Made by a program: the position numbers and the translations under genes. A stretch of DNA of 64,000 bases from an uncultured Solibacteraceae bacterium (GTDB lineage: Bacteria; Acidobacteriota; Terriglobia; Bryobacterales; Bryobacteraceae), in the NCBI GenBank assembly GCA_963835555.1, contig CAWIGC010000036.1:34231-98230 (forward strand), written 5' to 3'. Every line of letters begins with the position of its first letter. Position 1 is the stretch's first letter. The notes beneath the pieces are model-generated. The model saw nothing but the letters and a program-made list of their open reading frames with translations, searched no databases and was not told where the DNA came from. Below are positions 9,357 through 21,181 of the stretch, piece after piece.

Positions 9357-10490
9357 TCACGCCAGCTTCTGATTCACCTTCCACGTCGCCAGCACAAAGA
9401 GAATGGCCGCATACAGCAGCAGGAACCCCAATTCGCCCCACAGCACGCCGAACCCCACCCCCTTCAGGAAAATGCCCTTCATCAGGGTCACCACGTAACG
9501 CGCCGGAATGATGTGCGTGATCACCTGAATGATCTTGGGCATGGTCTGTATCTCGTAGACGAATCCGGACAGCAGAAAGGCCGGCAGAAAGGAACTCAGA
9601 ATTCCCATTTGGTACGCCTGCAACTGCGTCTTGGCCGCAGCCGAAACGAAAACGCCCCAGAGCAGCACGCCTACCAGGAATACGCAGAGGGACACCGCCA
9701 TCAACGGAATGCTGCCGCGCAGAGGCACGCCGAAGACGAACAGTCCTATCAGCACCGCCATCAAAGCGTCCGCCACCCCCACCACGAAATAGGCCAGCAT
9801 CTTGCCCAGCACCAACTCCGCCGGGCGCAGCGGCGTGGAGAGCAGTTGTTCCATGGTCCCCATTTCCCATTCGCGCGCGATGGTCAAAGAGGTCAGCAGC
9901 GCGGCGATAATCTGCAGGATCACCGCGATTAACCCCGGCACCACGTAGTTCTTCGATTCCAGCGAACTGTTGTACCAGACGCGCAGGCGGGCATCCACCG
10001 GAGCGCCGCCATGCTCGCCGCCGCGGCGGTTCAGCATATCTGTGCGCAGTTGCAGGGAATAATTGCGGGTCACTGTCTCCGCGTAGCCCAACACGATACT
10101 GGCGGTATTGGAATCGCTGCCGTCCAGCAGAATCTGCACGGGAGCCTCGCGGCCCTCCGCGATATGCCTGGAATAATCGCGCGGAATCACCACGCCCATC
10201 AAAATCCGGTTGGAATCGATGCCGCGCTGGATGGGGCCGTAGTTGCTCACCATGCCGCGAATATCGAAAAATCGCGAGCCCTGAAACTGCCGCACCAGGT
10301 CGCGGCTGGCCTCCGTGCCATCCTGGTCATACACCAGCGTCGGCACCTTGTCTACGTCCAGGCTGAGCGCGTAGCCGTAAAGCAGCAGCATCATCAGCGG
10401 GACCGCCAGCGCCATCCCCAGGCTGCGGCCGTCGCGTGTGATATGGTGCAGTTCTTTAACCAGCACCGCCTTCAGTCTGCGATAACTCAT
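9357..10490 (-). CDS. ABC-2 family transporter permease (YbhS/YbhR-like)
   Basis: The ORF extends to 10826 but the homologous start is MSYRRLKAVLVKELHH at ~10490. It is a paralog of the adjacent permease. Confidence 0.75.
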   Translation of the reverse strand: MSYRRLKAVLVKELHHITRDGRSLGMALAVPLMMLLLYGYALSLDVDKVPTLVYDQDGTEASRDLVRQFQGSRFFDIRGMVSNYGPIQRGIDSNRILMGVVIPRDYSRHIAEGREAPVQILLDGSDSNTASIVLGYAETVTRNYSLQLRTDMLNRRGGEHGGAPVDARLRVWYNSSLESKNYVVPGLIAVILQIIAALLTSLTIAREWEMGTMEQLLSTPLRPAELVLGKMLAYFVVGVADALMAVLIGLFVFGVPLRGSIPLMAVSLCVFLVGVLLWGVFVSAAAKTQLQAYQMGILSSFLPAFLLSGFVYEIQTMPKIIQVITHIIPARYVVTLMKGIFLKGVGFGVLWGELGFLLLYAAILFVLATWKVNQKLA

Positions 10491-11434
10491 GCGGCCTTCC
10501 TGTCTTCGGCTTCGATCATGGCCACAAACACATCCTCCATGGAAGGCGTGATCCGTTCCAACCGCCGCACCGGAATGCCGCGCCCGTCGAGCGCCTGCCG
10601 GATGCGCGATTGTCCGGCTTCCAGTTCGTCCACGGTCACGTGCAGCCCGCTTCCGAATACAGCCACATCGTGCACGCCGGGAAGCCCTTCCAACGCCTTC
10701 ATGCTCTCCAGCGGATCCCCGGAATCCAGTTGCAGCAGCGTATACGCCGTGAGCCCTTGCTTGAGTTCGGCCGGCGTGCCGAGCGCAATCACCCTGCCCT
10801 TGTACATCAGCGCCAGCCGGTGGCAATACTCCGCTTCATCCATGTAATGCGTGCTGACGAAAATGGTATGGCCGGTCTTCGCCAGGTCATGAATCAGCGC
10901 CCAGAACGCGGCGCGTGCAATCGGGTCCACGCCGGACGTAGGCTCGTCCAGAAACAACACCGGCGGATCGTGCAGAATCGCGCACCCCAGCGCCAGGCGC
11001 TGTTTCCAGCCTCCGGAGAGCGTGCTCGTCAAGGCCCTGCGGCGCTCCGTCAGTCCCGCCATCTGCACCACGTACTCTTTCCGTTCGGCCCGCTTCGCCT
11101 TCGGCACCCCATAGATGCCGGTGAAAAAATCGATATTCTCCTCCACGGTCAGATCGTCGTACAGCGAAAACTTCTGCGACATGTACCCGATGCTGCGGCG
11201 GATTTCCTCGGGCTGTTTGGCCACGTCGAATCCGTTCACAGCGCCGCGCCCGCTGGTGGGAGTCAACAGCCCGCAGAGCATCCGGATCGTCGTCGATTTA
11301 CCGGCGCCATTGGGCCCCAGGAAGCCGAAGATCTCGCCCTTGGGAACCTGCAAGGTGACGTGATCCACAGCTACGAAGGATCCGAACGCCTTCACCATAT
11401 CGTCGATCTCTACCGCCCATCCGTTCCCGTTCAT
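10487..11434 (-). CDS. ABC transporter ATP-binding protein
   Basis: Walker A GPNGAGKST, signature LSGGWKQRL and Walker B LFLDEPTSGVD. It has a C-terminal extension. Confidence 0.85.
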   Translation of the reverse strand: MNGNGWAVEIDDMVKAFGSFVAVDHVTLQVPKGEIFGFLGPNGAGKSTTIRMLCGLLTPTSGRGAVNGFDVAKQPEEIRRSIGYMSQKFSLYDDLTVEENIDFFTGIYGVPKAKRAERKEYVVQMAGLTERRRALTSTLSGGWKQRLALGCAILHDPPVLFLDEPTSGVDPIARAAFWALIHDLAKTGHTIFVSTHYMDEAEYCHRLALMYKGRVIALGTPAELKQGLTAYTLLQLDSGDPLESMKALEGLPGVHDVAVFGSGLHVTVDELEAGQSRIRQALDGRGIPVRRLERITPSMEDVFVAMIEAEDRKAA

Positions 11435-12168
11435 GCCGCCCTCTCCACTTCATGAATGGTCTTCACGAATGCCGCCTCCAAAGTAGGCGAGCCGGTGTCC
11501 CGCTTCATCACGTCCGGCGCGGCGCACCGGATTAGTTTGCCCTTGTGCATCAGGCCCACACGATTGCAGCGCTCGGCTTCGTCCAGGTACGCCGTAGTCA
11601 TAAAGATGGTGATCCCATCCTTCAACAGTTGATACAGAATGGCCCAGAAATCGCGGCGCGAAACCGGATCCACCCCATTGGTCGGCTCGTCCAGAAACAG
11701 AATCTGCGGCCGGTGCAGGAGCGTACACATCAGCGCCAGTTTCTGCTTCATCCCGCCCGAAAGACGGCCCGCCTGCCGGTCGCGAAAGGGCTCCATGCGG
11801 GTCATGCGCAGCAGATCCACAGTCAGCCGCTGGCGTTCGGCGCCGGTGATATCGAACAGGTCGGCATAGAAATCCATGTTTTCCTGCACCGTTAAATCGA
11901 CATACAGTCCGAAACGTTGCGCCATGTAGCCAATCTGGTCTTTGACCGCCTGCGATTGCCGCACCACATCGTGTCCCGCCACGCGCGCGCTGCCTTCGCT
12001 CGGGTTCATCAGGCCGCACAGCATCCGCAGGGTGGTCGTCTTCCCCGCCCCGTCCGGACCCACCAGCCCGAAGATCTCCCCCTTAGCCACCGAAAGGTTC
12101 AGATGGTCCACCGCCGTGAGCGCGCCAAAGCGCCTGGTCAAATCCCGAGTTTCAATAATAGGTTCCAT
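11431..12168 (-). CDS. ABC transporter ATP-binding protein (second NBD; split YbhF-like)
   Basis: Walker A GPDGAGKTT, signature LSGGMKQKL and Walker B LFLDEPTNGVD. Overlaps its neighbour by 4 nt. Confidence 0.85.
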   Translation of the reverse strand: MEPIIETRDLTRRFGALTAVDHLNLSVAKGEIFGLVGPDGAGKTTTLRMLCGLMNPSEGSARVAGHDVVRQSQAVKDQIGYMAQRFGLYVDLTVQENMDFYADLFDITGAERQRLTVDLLRMTRMEPFRDRQAGRLSGGMKQKLALMCTLLHRPQILFLDEPTNGVDPVSRRDFWAILYQLLKDGITIFMTTAYLDEAERCNRVGLMHKGKLIRCAAPDVMKRDTGSPTLEAAFVKTIHEVERAA

Positions 12169-12222
12169 ACTATTCCCCCACCCCCAACCCCCACCCCCAA
12201 CCCCTGCTTTTCCGGCCCCCGG

Positions 12223-13392
12223 TCATTGAAGAACAATCTCCCCATCCGCGGGCATGTTGGATTTCAACTCGCGGCTGGCATTGTCCAACTCAATCTTGAT
12301 GCGGTAAACCAGTTTCACCCGCTCCTGCTCGGTCTGAATCTGCTTGGGCGTGAACTCCGCCTCCGAGGCGATAAATGTCACCCGCCCGTTGTACGTCTTG
12401 CCGGGATACGAGTCCGTCTTCACATGCACCACCGAGCCCAGTTTCACTTTGCCGAGGTCGGTCTCATTGATGTAGCCCCGCAGCCAGGGATGCTCGATAT
12501 CGCCCACCGTGACCACCGTCGTGCCCGGCGCCAGAATCTCTCCTACATCCGCCGATTTCACCAGCACCACGCCATCTACGGGAGACACGGCCACCGTATC
12601 GGCAAGCTGCGAATCGATCAGCGCCAGCGTCGCCTTGGCGCGCTCGATATCGGCCCGCCGCTGGCTGATCTCCTGCTCGCGCCGCTTCATCTCCAGCGTG
12701 TTCGCCTCGGCCGTTTTCAGCGCGCCCTGCGCCCGCTCCACCTGCCCCTTCGCCGCGTTCACCTGCTCGATCCGAGGTCCCGCCAGCACCAGAGCCTCAC
12801 GCTCCTTGGTCGAGTTCAATGCCGCCACGGCGCTCTCCCAACGGTTGCGGTATTGGTCGTACTGCGCGGTGGAGATGTCATCGTCCTTATATAATGTCTG
12901 CGCGCGCTCCCAGTCTTTCCGCGACCGCTCCACTTCCGATTGCGCCGCATCCACCGCCGCCTTGGCATCCAGCTTCTCCTGGGGGCGCGAACCATTCCGC
13001 AATTCCGCCAGCCGCGCCTGGTTGGAAGCCAGATCGGCATTGCGCGTCTCGATGTCCGCCGAGAGCGTGGCCTTCTGCCATTGCACCGCGGTCTGCGACT
13101 GCGCCAGTTGCGATTCGGCCGATTGGATAGCCGCCACCTGCGCCGCACGCTGCGCCACCAGTTGGTCGCGGTCCAACCGCGCGATCAACTGCCCCTTCTT
13201 CACCGCATCCCCTTCGTCCACCGTGCGTTCGATCAGGCGCCCGGCCGTCTTGAATGCGATATTCACCTCGGTCAGTTCGATATTTCCGGACACCACGATC
13301 CGGTTCTCGGGCTGCCGGCTCCGCCCGCGATAAGCGTAAACACCCACCACTCCGGCCGCCAGAACAGTCACGATCAAAATTCGTTTCTTCAT
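12223..13392 (-). CDS. HlyD-family membrane fusion protein (YbhG-like)
   Basis: 389 aa with an N-terminal TM anchor, a biotin-lipoyl-like domain, a long coiled-coil and a beta-barrel C-terminus. Confidence 0.8.
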   Translation of the reverse strand: MKKRILIVTVLAAGVVGVYAYRGRSRQPENRIVVSGNIELTEVNIAFKTAGRLIERTVDEGDAVKKGQLIARLDRDQLVAQRAAQVAAIQSAESQLAQSQTAVQWQKATLSADIETRNADLASNQARLAELRNGSRPQEKLDAKAAVDAAQSEVERSRKDWERAQTLYKDDDISTAQYDQYRNRWESAVAALNSTKEREALVLAGPRIEQVNAAKGQVERAQGALKTAEANTLEMKRREQEISQRRADIERAKATLALIDSQLADTVAVSPVDGVVLVKSADVGEILAPGTTVVTVGDIEHPWLRGYINETDLGKVKLGSVVHVKTDSYPGKTYNGRVTFIASEAEFTPKQIQTEQERVKLVYRIKIELDNASRELKSNMPADGEIVLQ

Positions 13393-14726
13393 TGCACCGT
13401 GCTCCTCACCTTGCCCATGGACTGTGCCAGATCGATCCTGGCCACGTTGTAACCGTAAAGCGCCGTCGTCTGGTTATCCAGCGCCCGCTCCAGCCGCGTC
13501 TGGGCATCGGTAACTTCGATACTGGTGGCAACTCCTGCCGCGTAACGCCGCCGCGCCTGCGCCAGTTCGTTCTGCGACAGCTCTACGCCCTCTTTGGCCA
13601 CTTTTACTTCGTCATCGGAGGATTGCAGCGCGTCCAGCGCCAGCCTCACATCCAGTTCGATCTGCTCTTTCAAATCGTTGGTGCGCACCTTCTCCGCGCG
13701 GTATTGCGACGCCGCTTCCTCTCGGCGGGCATCCCGCTTTCCGCCGTCGAATAGCGGCACCCGCAGCGAAATACCGATGGTCCGTGTGGGCAGGGAACTG
13801 TCCAGTCCGCCGCCGATGGTACCGTAGTCGCCAAATGCCGCCACCGATGGCAGCCGCTCCAGCTTCGTCGCACTGGCCGAAAGCCGTGCGTTCTGTTCGC
13901 GGTCGCGCTGAGCCTGGTAGTCCGGCCGCGTTGCCAATGCCTGTGTCTTGGCCTGTTGGAGTGCGACCGCATCCACCGGCAGATATCCCAGCTTATCGGT
14001 CAGCTCCAGTTCCGTATCCAGACTGGCGCCCATGGCCCGCAGCAGACGCAAATGAGCGCTGCGCCGGGCGTTCAGCACCTCCAGCAGATGCTGCCGGTCG
14101 TTCGCCAACTGCACTTTGGCGCGCGTGATCTCAATGCCTGTCCCCGTGCCCGCCGTCTTCTCGTTGCCCGCCTGCACCAACAGCGCCTGGCTTAACGTCA
14201 CGTTGGATTGCGCCGTGTCCATATCGGCGTCGGCCTTGATCGCCATCAGGTACGCGCGCGCCACCTGCGCGGCTACCTGCTCGCCGGCATTCTCGGCATC
14301 GCTGCGCGCCGCCGCCGCTCCGGTCCTCGCGGCTTGAAAGCGGCGGATCGAGCTGAAGTCGAAGATGGTCTGCGAGGCCGTAACGCGGGCGTCAAGGGTG
14401 CTGAACGGCCCCACAAACGTCGGAATCTGAAACGGAAATTCCGGCGGGATATTGAACTTGATCCCCATCGCCGCAAGATTTGTTGTGCGGCTCTGGTAAT
14501 TCACCGAGCTTTCCACATCGGGCAGCAGGGCCGCGCGGCTCTCCAGGGTTCGGGCCTGCGCCTGTTTCACTGCCTCGGCCGCCAGTTGGACATTGGCGTT
14601 GCCTTCCGGCGAGGTGGCAATCTCCACGGCCCGCTTCAGGCTTAAGGAAAGTACCGGCCGGGCCGGCGGATCCGCGGCCATCGCCACCACCGGCATTGCC
14701 AGCGTCATAATCCATGCAAATTTCAT
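13389..14726 (-). CDS. TolC-family outer membrane efflux protein
   Basis: 445 aa with a signal peptide and two OEP repeats. Confidence 0.8.
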   Translation of the reverse strand: MKFAWIMTLAMPVVAMAADPPARPVLSLSLKRAVEIATSPEGNANVQLAAEAVKQAQARTLESRAALLPDVESSVNYQSRTTNLAAMGIKFNIPPEFPFQIPTFVGPFSTLDARVTASQTIFDFSSIRRFQAARTGAAAARSDAENAGEQVAAQVARAYLMAIKADADMDTAQSNVTLSQALLVQAGNEKTAGTGTGIEITRAKVQLANDRQHLLEVLNARRSAHLRLLRAMGASLDTELELTDKLGYLPVDAVALQQAKTQALATRPDYQAQRDREQNARLSASATKLERLPSVAAFGDYGTIGGGLDSSLPTRTIGISLRVPLFDGGKRDARREEAASQYRAEKVRTNDLKEQIELDVRLALDALQSSDDEVKVAKEGVELSQNELAQARRRYAAGVATSIEVTDAQTRLERALDNQTTALYGYNVARIDLAQSMGKVRSTVQ

Positions 14727-15352
14727 CGCTTCCCTTCACTCCTTCCGGCAGACGACACCGGCGCCTGAAATCCGGCGATCAGAAACGTGATGAGCCGGTC
14801 GATGCGCCCGCTAAAATCGCGAGTGTCCCCGCCCACCCCCGTGATTTCGTTCCTGCCGCACATGGTGTACGCCATGGCGCCGAACATAAAATGCATCCTC
14901 CAGCGGAATTCCTCGTCCGGCAGTTCGGGAAGGGCCCTCCGCAGCGCTGCCGTAATGCGCTCGGCGGGTATCCGGAAGTGCTTCTGCACAACGGTTTGCA
15001 GCATCCCCTCCGCCATCAGCCGGCCCATGAGCAGAACAAAGCTGGGGTCGCCGTCCGCTGCCTCCGCCATGGGAAGAAACCACGCCTCCAGCACCTTCCT
15101 GACACATAATGGACCGCGCCCCGCCTCCGCTTCCGCGCGGTCCAGCAGCCTCAAACGGACCTCATTCACGCCAACAGCCTTGCGCTCGATTAGAGCGGCC
15201 AGGAGGTCTTCTTTGGAGCCGAAGTGATAATGGATGGCCGCCAGGTTTACGCCCGCTTCGGAAATGATGTGGCGCACTGACGTTGCGGCGTAGCCCTGAC
15301 TGCCGATCAGGCGTTGTGCACTGTCTAGAATCTTTTCCTTGGTATCGATCAT
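14723..15352 (-). CDS. TetR-family transcriptional regulator (CecR/YbiH-like position)
   Basis: N-terminal TetR HTH (ILDSAQRLIGSQGYAATSVRHIISEAGVNLAAIHYHFGSKEDLL). It is the first gene of the efflux operon. Confidence 0.85.
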   Translation of the reverse strand: MIDTKEKILDSAQRLIGSQGYAATSVRHIISEAGVNLAAIHYHFGSKEDLLAALIERKAVGVNEVRLRLLDRAEAEAGRGPLCVRKVLEAWFLPMAEAADGDPSFVLLMGRLMAEGMLQTVVQKHFRIPAERITAALRRALPELPDEEFRWRMHFMFGAMAYTMCGRNEITGVGGDTRDFSGRIDRLITFLIAGFQAPVSSAGRSEGKR

Positions 15353-15374
15353 AATTCAAACGACTGTTTTAATT

Positions 15375-15382
15375 ATACGTAT
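15375..15382. promoter_or_regulatory. Perfect 8-bp palindrome ATACGTAT in the tetR-efflux promoter region (candidate TetR operator core)
   Basis: It lies 23 bp upstream of the tetR start in an AT-rich intergenic region. Confidence 0.25.
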
Positions 15383-15705
15383 GAATCGAACGGTGTCAAG
15401 AGATATGAAACGCGGCACGGAAATTGCTCACCAAACTAAGCAGTCGCCGCACTTCGTCTCTCGCGGCTTCGCAGTTCGGAGGTTAAACGCTTTATGATGA
15501 ATTGGATTGCAGTCCTGTGGTGCAAAAAGATGCACAGCAAGGCTATGTGGCCGATTCACGGCCGCTACATTTGTCCACAATGTTTACGCACGTACCCGGT
15601 TGCATGGGAAGAACCGGTCGTTACCAGAACCGGCCCAGTTACCAGCGGGGCGCCCCAAACAGAACTCCAACACTCTACCGTTTCGCTCTACCAGTAGTCT
15701 GGTAG

Positions 15706-16572
15706 GATGGTGCTCTGCGTCTGGGCATCCACACCTTTACCGCCGTATCCCTGGAGAAAGCCGCGCTCACCGCGTCGGAATTGGGCGCTAATACGTTTCA
15801 GATCTTCTCCGCCAGCCCGCGGATGTGGCGTGCTCGTGTGCCCGATCCTGCCCAGGTGTCGAAATTTCGCGCCGCCCGCGAACGCTTCGACCTCTATCCC
15901 CTTGCCATTCATGTCAATTATCTGGTCAATCTCGCCTCCATCGATCCTGTGATCCGCACTAAGTCTATCGGCGGTTTTCGCGGAGAACTGGAGCGTGCCG
16001 CGACGATCGGCGCCGAATTCCTGGTACTCCATCCCGGCAACTGCCGCGGGCGCCGCACGGAAGACGGCGTATCCAGCTTCTCCGAAGCCTTCTGCGAAGC
16101 CGCCCACGGCTTTGTCCCTGGTAACCTCACGGTTCTGCTCGAAAACACTGCCGGAAGCGGCGCCAACCTCGGCAGCCGGTTCGAAGAACTTCGCGACATT
16201 CGCGTGCTGGCGAGCGAGCGGACCGACTTGCGCATCGGCTATTGTTTGGACACCTGCCATCTGCTGGCTGCGGGCTTCAATATCGCCACACCCCTGGGTC
16301 TTCGCGCCACGATCCGTAGTGCCGCCGACCTGCTCGGCATCGAGAACATCCACCTGATTCACGCCAACGATTCCAAAACGCCGCTCGGCTCGCGCGTCGA
16401 TCGCCACGCATCCATCGGCAAAGGCCACATCGGGCTGGAAGGCTTCCGCCGCATCCTGCGCCATCCCAAGCTCCGCGTCAAACCCTTCATCCTCGAAACG
16501 CCCATCGACGAGCCCGGTGACGACCGGCGCAACCTGGACACCCTGAAACAGCTCGCGTATATTCAGAGGTGA
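15706..16572 (+). CDS. nfo: Deoxyribonuclease IV (endonuclease IV, AP endonuclease family 2); start codon unresolved
   Basis: Conserved motifs HxxYLxNLAS, LVLHPG, LENTAG, CLDTCH and HANDSK. In-frame homology (LGIHTFTAVSLEKAALTASELGANTFQIF) extends upstream of the TTG at 15781 to the stop at 15703..15705. No in-frame ATG exists; the nearest ATG (15707) is in the +1 frame. Confidence 0.8.
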   Translation, partial: DGALRLGIHTFTAVSLEKAALTASELGANTFQIFSASPRMWRARVPDPAQVSKFRAARERFDLYPLAIHVNYLVNLASIDPVIRTKSIGGFRGELERAATIGAEFLVLHPGNCRGRRTEDGVSSFSEAFCEAAHGFVPGNLTVLLENTAGSGANLGSRFEELRDIRVLASERTDLRIGYCLDTCHLLAAGFNIATPLGLRATIRSAADLLGIENIHLIHANDSKTPLGSRVDRHASIGKGHIGLEGFRRILRHPKLRVKPFILETPIDEPGDDRRNLDTLKQLAYIQR

Positions 16573-16582
16573 GAGTATTGTT

Positions 16583-18100
16583 TTGGCGTTCCCGCGCCTT
16601 GCCCCGATCCTGTTATGCGTGGGCCTGTTATCGGCCCAAACTGAGTCCGTGCAACCGCGCGGTCGTGTGGAAGGCACAGTCCTGAACTCCGCCACCTCGC
16701 ATCCCCTGGCCAGGGCGTGGGTCACACTGCGCGCGCAGTCCGGCGCCTTCGCGGCCACCGGCGCCCTCACCGACGCGCAGGGCCATTTCGCCTTCACAGA
16801 CCTTCCCGGCGGCGAGTACAGGATCGAAGCCCACCGCGATAATTTCCTGAACGATTCGGGCACTCCGCTGACCCTCGCGCCCGGCGAAGAGAAGAAGGAT
16901 CTGGTCCTCCGGATCACGCCCTACGGAGCCATCGCAGGGCACGTCCGGACCGAAGAAGGCGACCCCCTGTCGAATCTCCAGGTCACCGCGATGGTCTACG
17001 AATACCGCACGGGTGGCCGGCAGTTGGTCTCCCGGAGCAGCACCACGACCAACGACCTCGGTGAGTATCGTCTGTTCGGCCTGGTCGCCGGTAAGTACTT
17101 CCTGAGAACCGAACAGCGCACCACACCCGGCGCCGGCGACATCTACCCTGCCACATACTACCCGGGCGCGACGGATACTTCCGGCGCGGCGCCCCTGGAA
17201 CTCGGCGCGGGACAGGAGTTGCGGGACAAGGATCTCGTGCTGTACCGGACCCACGCATGGACCATTCGAGGGAAAGTCGCCATGCCCTCAGGCGCGTCCC
17301 GGATTGTCGTGTCTCTCAATGAAAATGGTATAACCAGCACAGGCGTGGACGAGCGGACCGGCGCGTTCGAATTGCGCAGCGTGACCCCGGGCGTCTATAT
17401 CCTGACCGCCCATGGCGGGGCCGGCGAGAAGACCTATAGGGCGCGACAGCCCATTCAGGTCGCCGCGAGTGACATCGATGGCATCGAATTGCACCTTGCG
17501 CCCTTCGTCGATTTGAAAGGCGTGGTTCACATCGAGGGCGCGACCAGCATCAAACCTTCGCAACTGAGTGTCGGAATGCAGGGAGTCACCGCTTGGGTCA
17601 AGGAGGACGGGACTTTCACCTTTCGCGATGTGCCGCCGGACATTTATCGCCCCACTGTCCGCGGGGCCGAAGACCTCTTCGTCAAAGGCATACACTGCGG
17701 TCGCGCCGATGTCACTGAATCCGGGATGGACTTGACCGGAGGCGCTGGCTGCGACCTTGCGATCGACCTCAGCGCCAATGGCGGACAAATCGAAGGCCAG
17801 GTGGTAGACGACCAGGGTCAACCGGTCAAGACCGTCACGGTGACGCTGGTAGCCCAAGGCACGCGGCGCACCGATCTTTTCAAGCAGACCGCTTCCGATG
17901 CGGGTGGCCATTTCCAACTTGTCGGCATCGCCCCGGGAAGCTACCGGCTGTACGCCTGGCAAGCCGTGGACTATAACGCCGTGCGGTACGATCCCGACTT
18001 CGTCAAGCCTTACGAGGCCTTGGGTCGAAGCCTTGAGATCGTGGAAGGTGCGCGGGAAAGCGTGAGCCTGCAACAGATCGGCAAATCCGCGGACCGCTAG
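16583..18100 (+). CDS. Secreted carboxypeptidase-regulatory-like domain repeat protein
   Basis: 505 aa with a signal peptide and repeated CarboxypepD_reg-like beta-sandwich modules (GxVxD..GxPLxxAxV; TDAQGHFAFTDLPGGEYRI). Confidence 0.7.
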   Translation: MAFPRLAPILLCVGLLSAQTESVQPRGRVEGTVLNSATSHPLARAWVTLRAQSGAFAATGALTDAQGHFAFTDLPGGEYRIEAHRDNFLNDSGTPLTLAPGEEKKDLVLRITPYGAIAGHVRTEEGDPLSNLQVTAMVYEYRTGGRQLVSRSSTTTNDLGEYRLFGLVAGKYFLRTEQRTTPGAGDIYPATYYPGATDTSGAAPLELGAGQELRDKDLVLYRTHAWTIRGKVAMPSGASRIVVSLNENGITSTGVDERTGAFELRSVTPGVYILTAHGGAGEKTYRARQPIQVAASDIDGIELHLAPFVDLKGVVHIEGATSIKPSQLSVGMQGVTAWVKEDGTFTFRDVPPDIYRPTVRGAEDLFVKGIHCGRADVTESGMDLTGGAGCDLAIDLSANGGQIEGQVVDDQGQPVKTVTVTLVAQGTRRTDLFKQTASDAGGHFQLVGIAPGSYRLYAWQAVDYNAVRYDPDFVKPYEALGRSLEIVEGARESVSLQQIGKSADR

Positions 18101-18139
18101 CTTGCTACGATAGAATTTAGCCCAACATCTGAAGCCTTT

Positions 18140-20593
<2,454 letters not shown>

Positions 20594-20605
20594 GCCGTTT
20601 GTGTC

Positions 20606-20624
20606 GTAGTCACAATGGGACTAC
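20606..20624. promoter_or_regulatory. Inverted repeat GTAGTC-n7-GACTAC upstream of dinJ (candidate toxin-antitoxin autoregulatory operator)
   Basis: Perfect 6-bp arms 22 bp upstream of the dinJ ATG, followed by the RBS aggggga. Confidence 0.4.
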
Positions 20625-20646
20625 AATGAAACCAGGGGGAACTGCA

Positions 20647-20913
20647 ATGAACCACGCCGACACATACGTCCGGGCGCGAATCGACAGCGCAACTAAGCAG
20701 CGGGCCTCCGATGCTCTGGAAGCCATGGGACTCTCCATTTCCGACGCGATCCGCCTGCTGATGCTGCGTGTCGCCGACGAACGGCGGTTACCATTCGAAG
20801 TCAAAGTGCCCAACGCAACAACCCGCAAAGCGATCGCGGAACTGGAAGCCGGAAAAGGCAAACGCTTCAAGAGTGTGGGTGCACTAATGGCCGACCTGAA
20901 TGCGGACGATTGA
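20647..20913 (+). CDS. dinJ: Type II antitoxin, RelB/DinJ family
   Basis: 88 aa, MNHADTYVRARIDSATKQRASDALEAMGLSISDAIRLLMLRVADERRLPFEV..., closely resembling E. coli DinJ. Confidence 0.8.
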   Translation: MNHADTYVRARIDSATKQRASDALEAMGLSISDAIRLLMLRVADERRLPFEVKVPNATTRKAIAELEAGKGKRFKSVGALMADLNADD

Positions 20914-21162
20914 ACGATCGTCAGCATTCCGGAAGGACTATAAACGGGCGAAAGCAACACCGCGCCACGCCAAAGACCTCGATTCCCTTGTCGCGACGAT
21001 CGTAACCCTCCTGCTGTCCGATCATACCATGCTCTGAGCGGTGACTGGGCGGGCTACAGGGAATGCCATCTCAAACCGGACCTGCTCCTGGTTTACCGCA
21101 AGGCCGACGCCAACACCTTACGTCTCGCGCGTCTTGGTTCTCATAGTGAGCTATTCGGCTGA
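20900..21162 (+). pseudogene. yafQ: Type II toxin YafQ (RelE/ParE superfamily) with one frameshift
   Basis: The ATG at 20900 overlaps the dinJ stop. Frame 2 gives MRTIERSSAFRKDYKRAKATPRHAKDLDSLVATIV..., then shifts to frame 1 at about 21005: ...[51 protein letters not shown]. It aligns along the full length of E. coli YafQ. Confidence 0.65.
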
Positions 21163-21181
21163 GGCGACGCCCGTCCCTGAA

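Noticed and set aside
9513-11455. Plus-strand ORFs 9513..9932, 10011..10847 and 10610..11455
   Set aside because: Antisense to the intact ABC permease and ATPase genes, His/Gln/Arg-rich. Shadow ORFs.
15688-16917. 409-aa ORF on the minus strand
   Set aside because: It lies entirely antisense to the well-supported nfo gene. It is GC-rich, low-complexity (Ala/Gly/Arg-rich) and has no family signal, so it is a typical high-GC shadow ORF.
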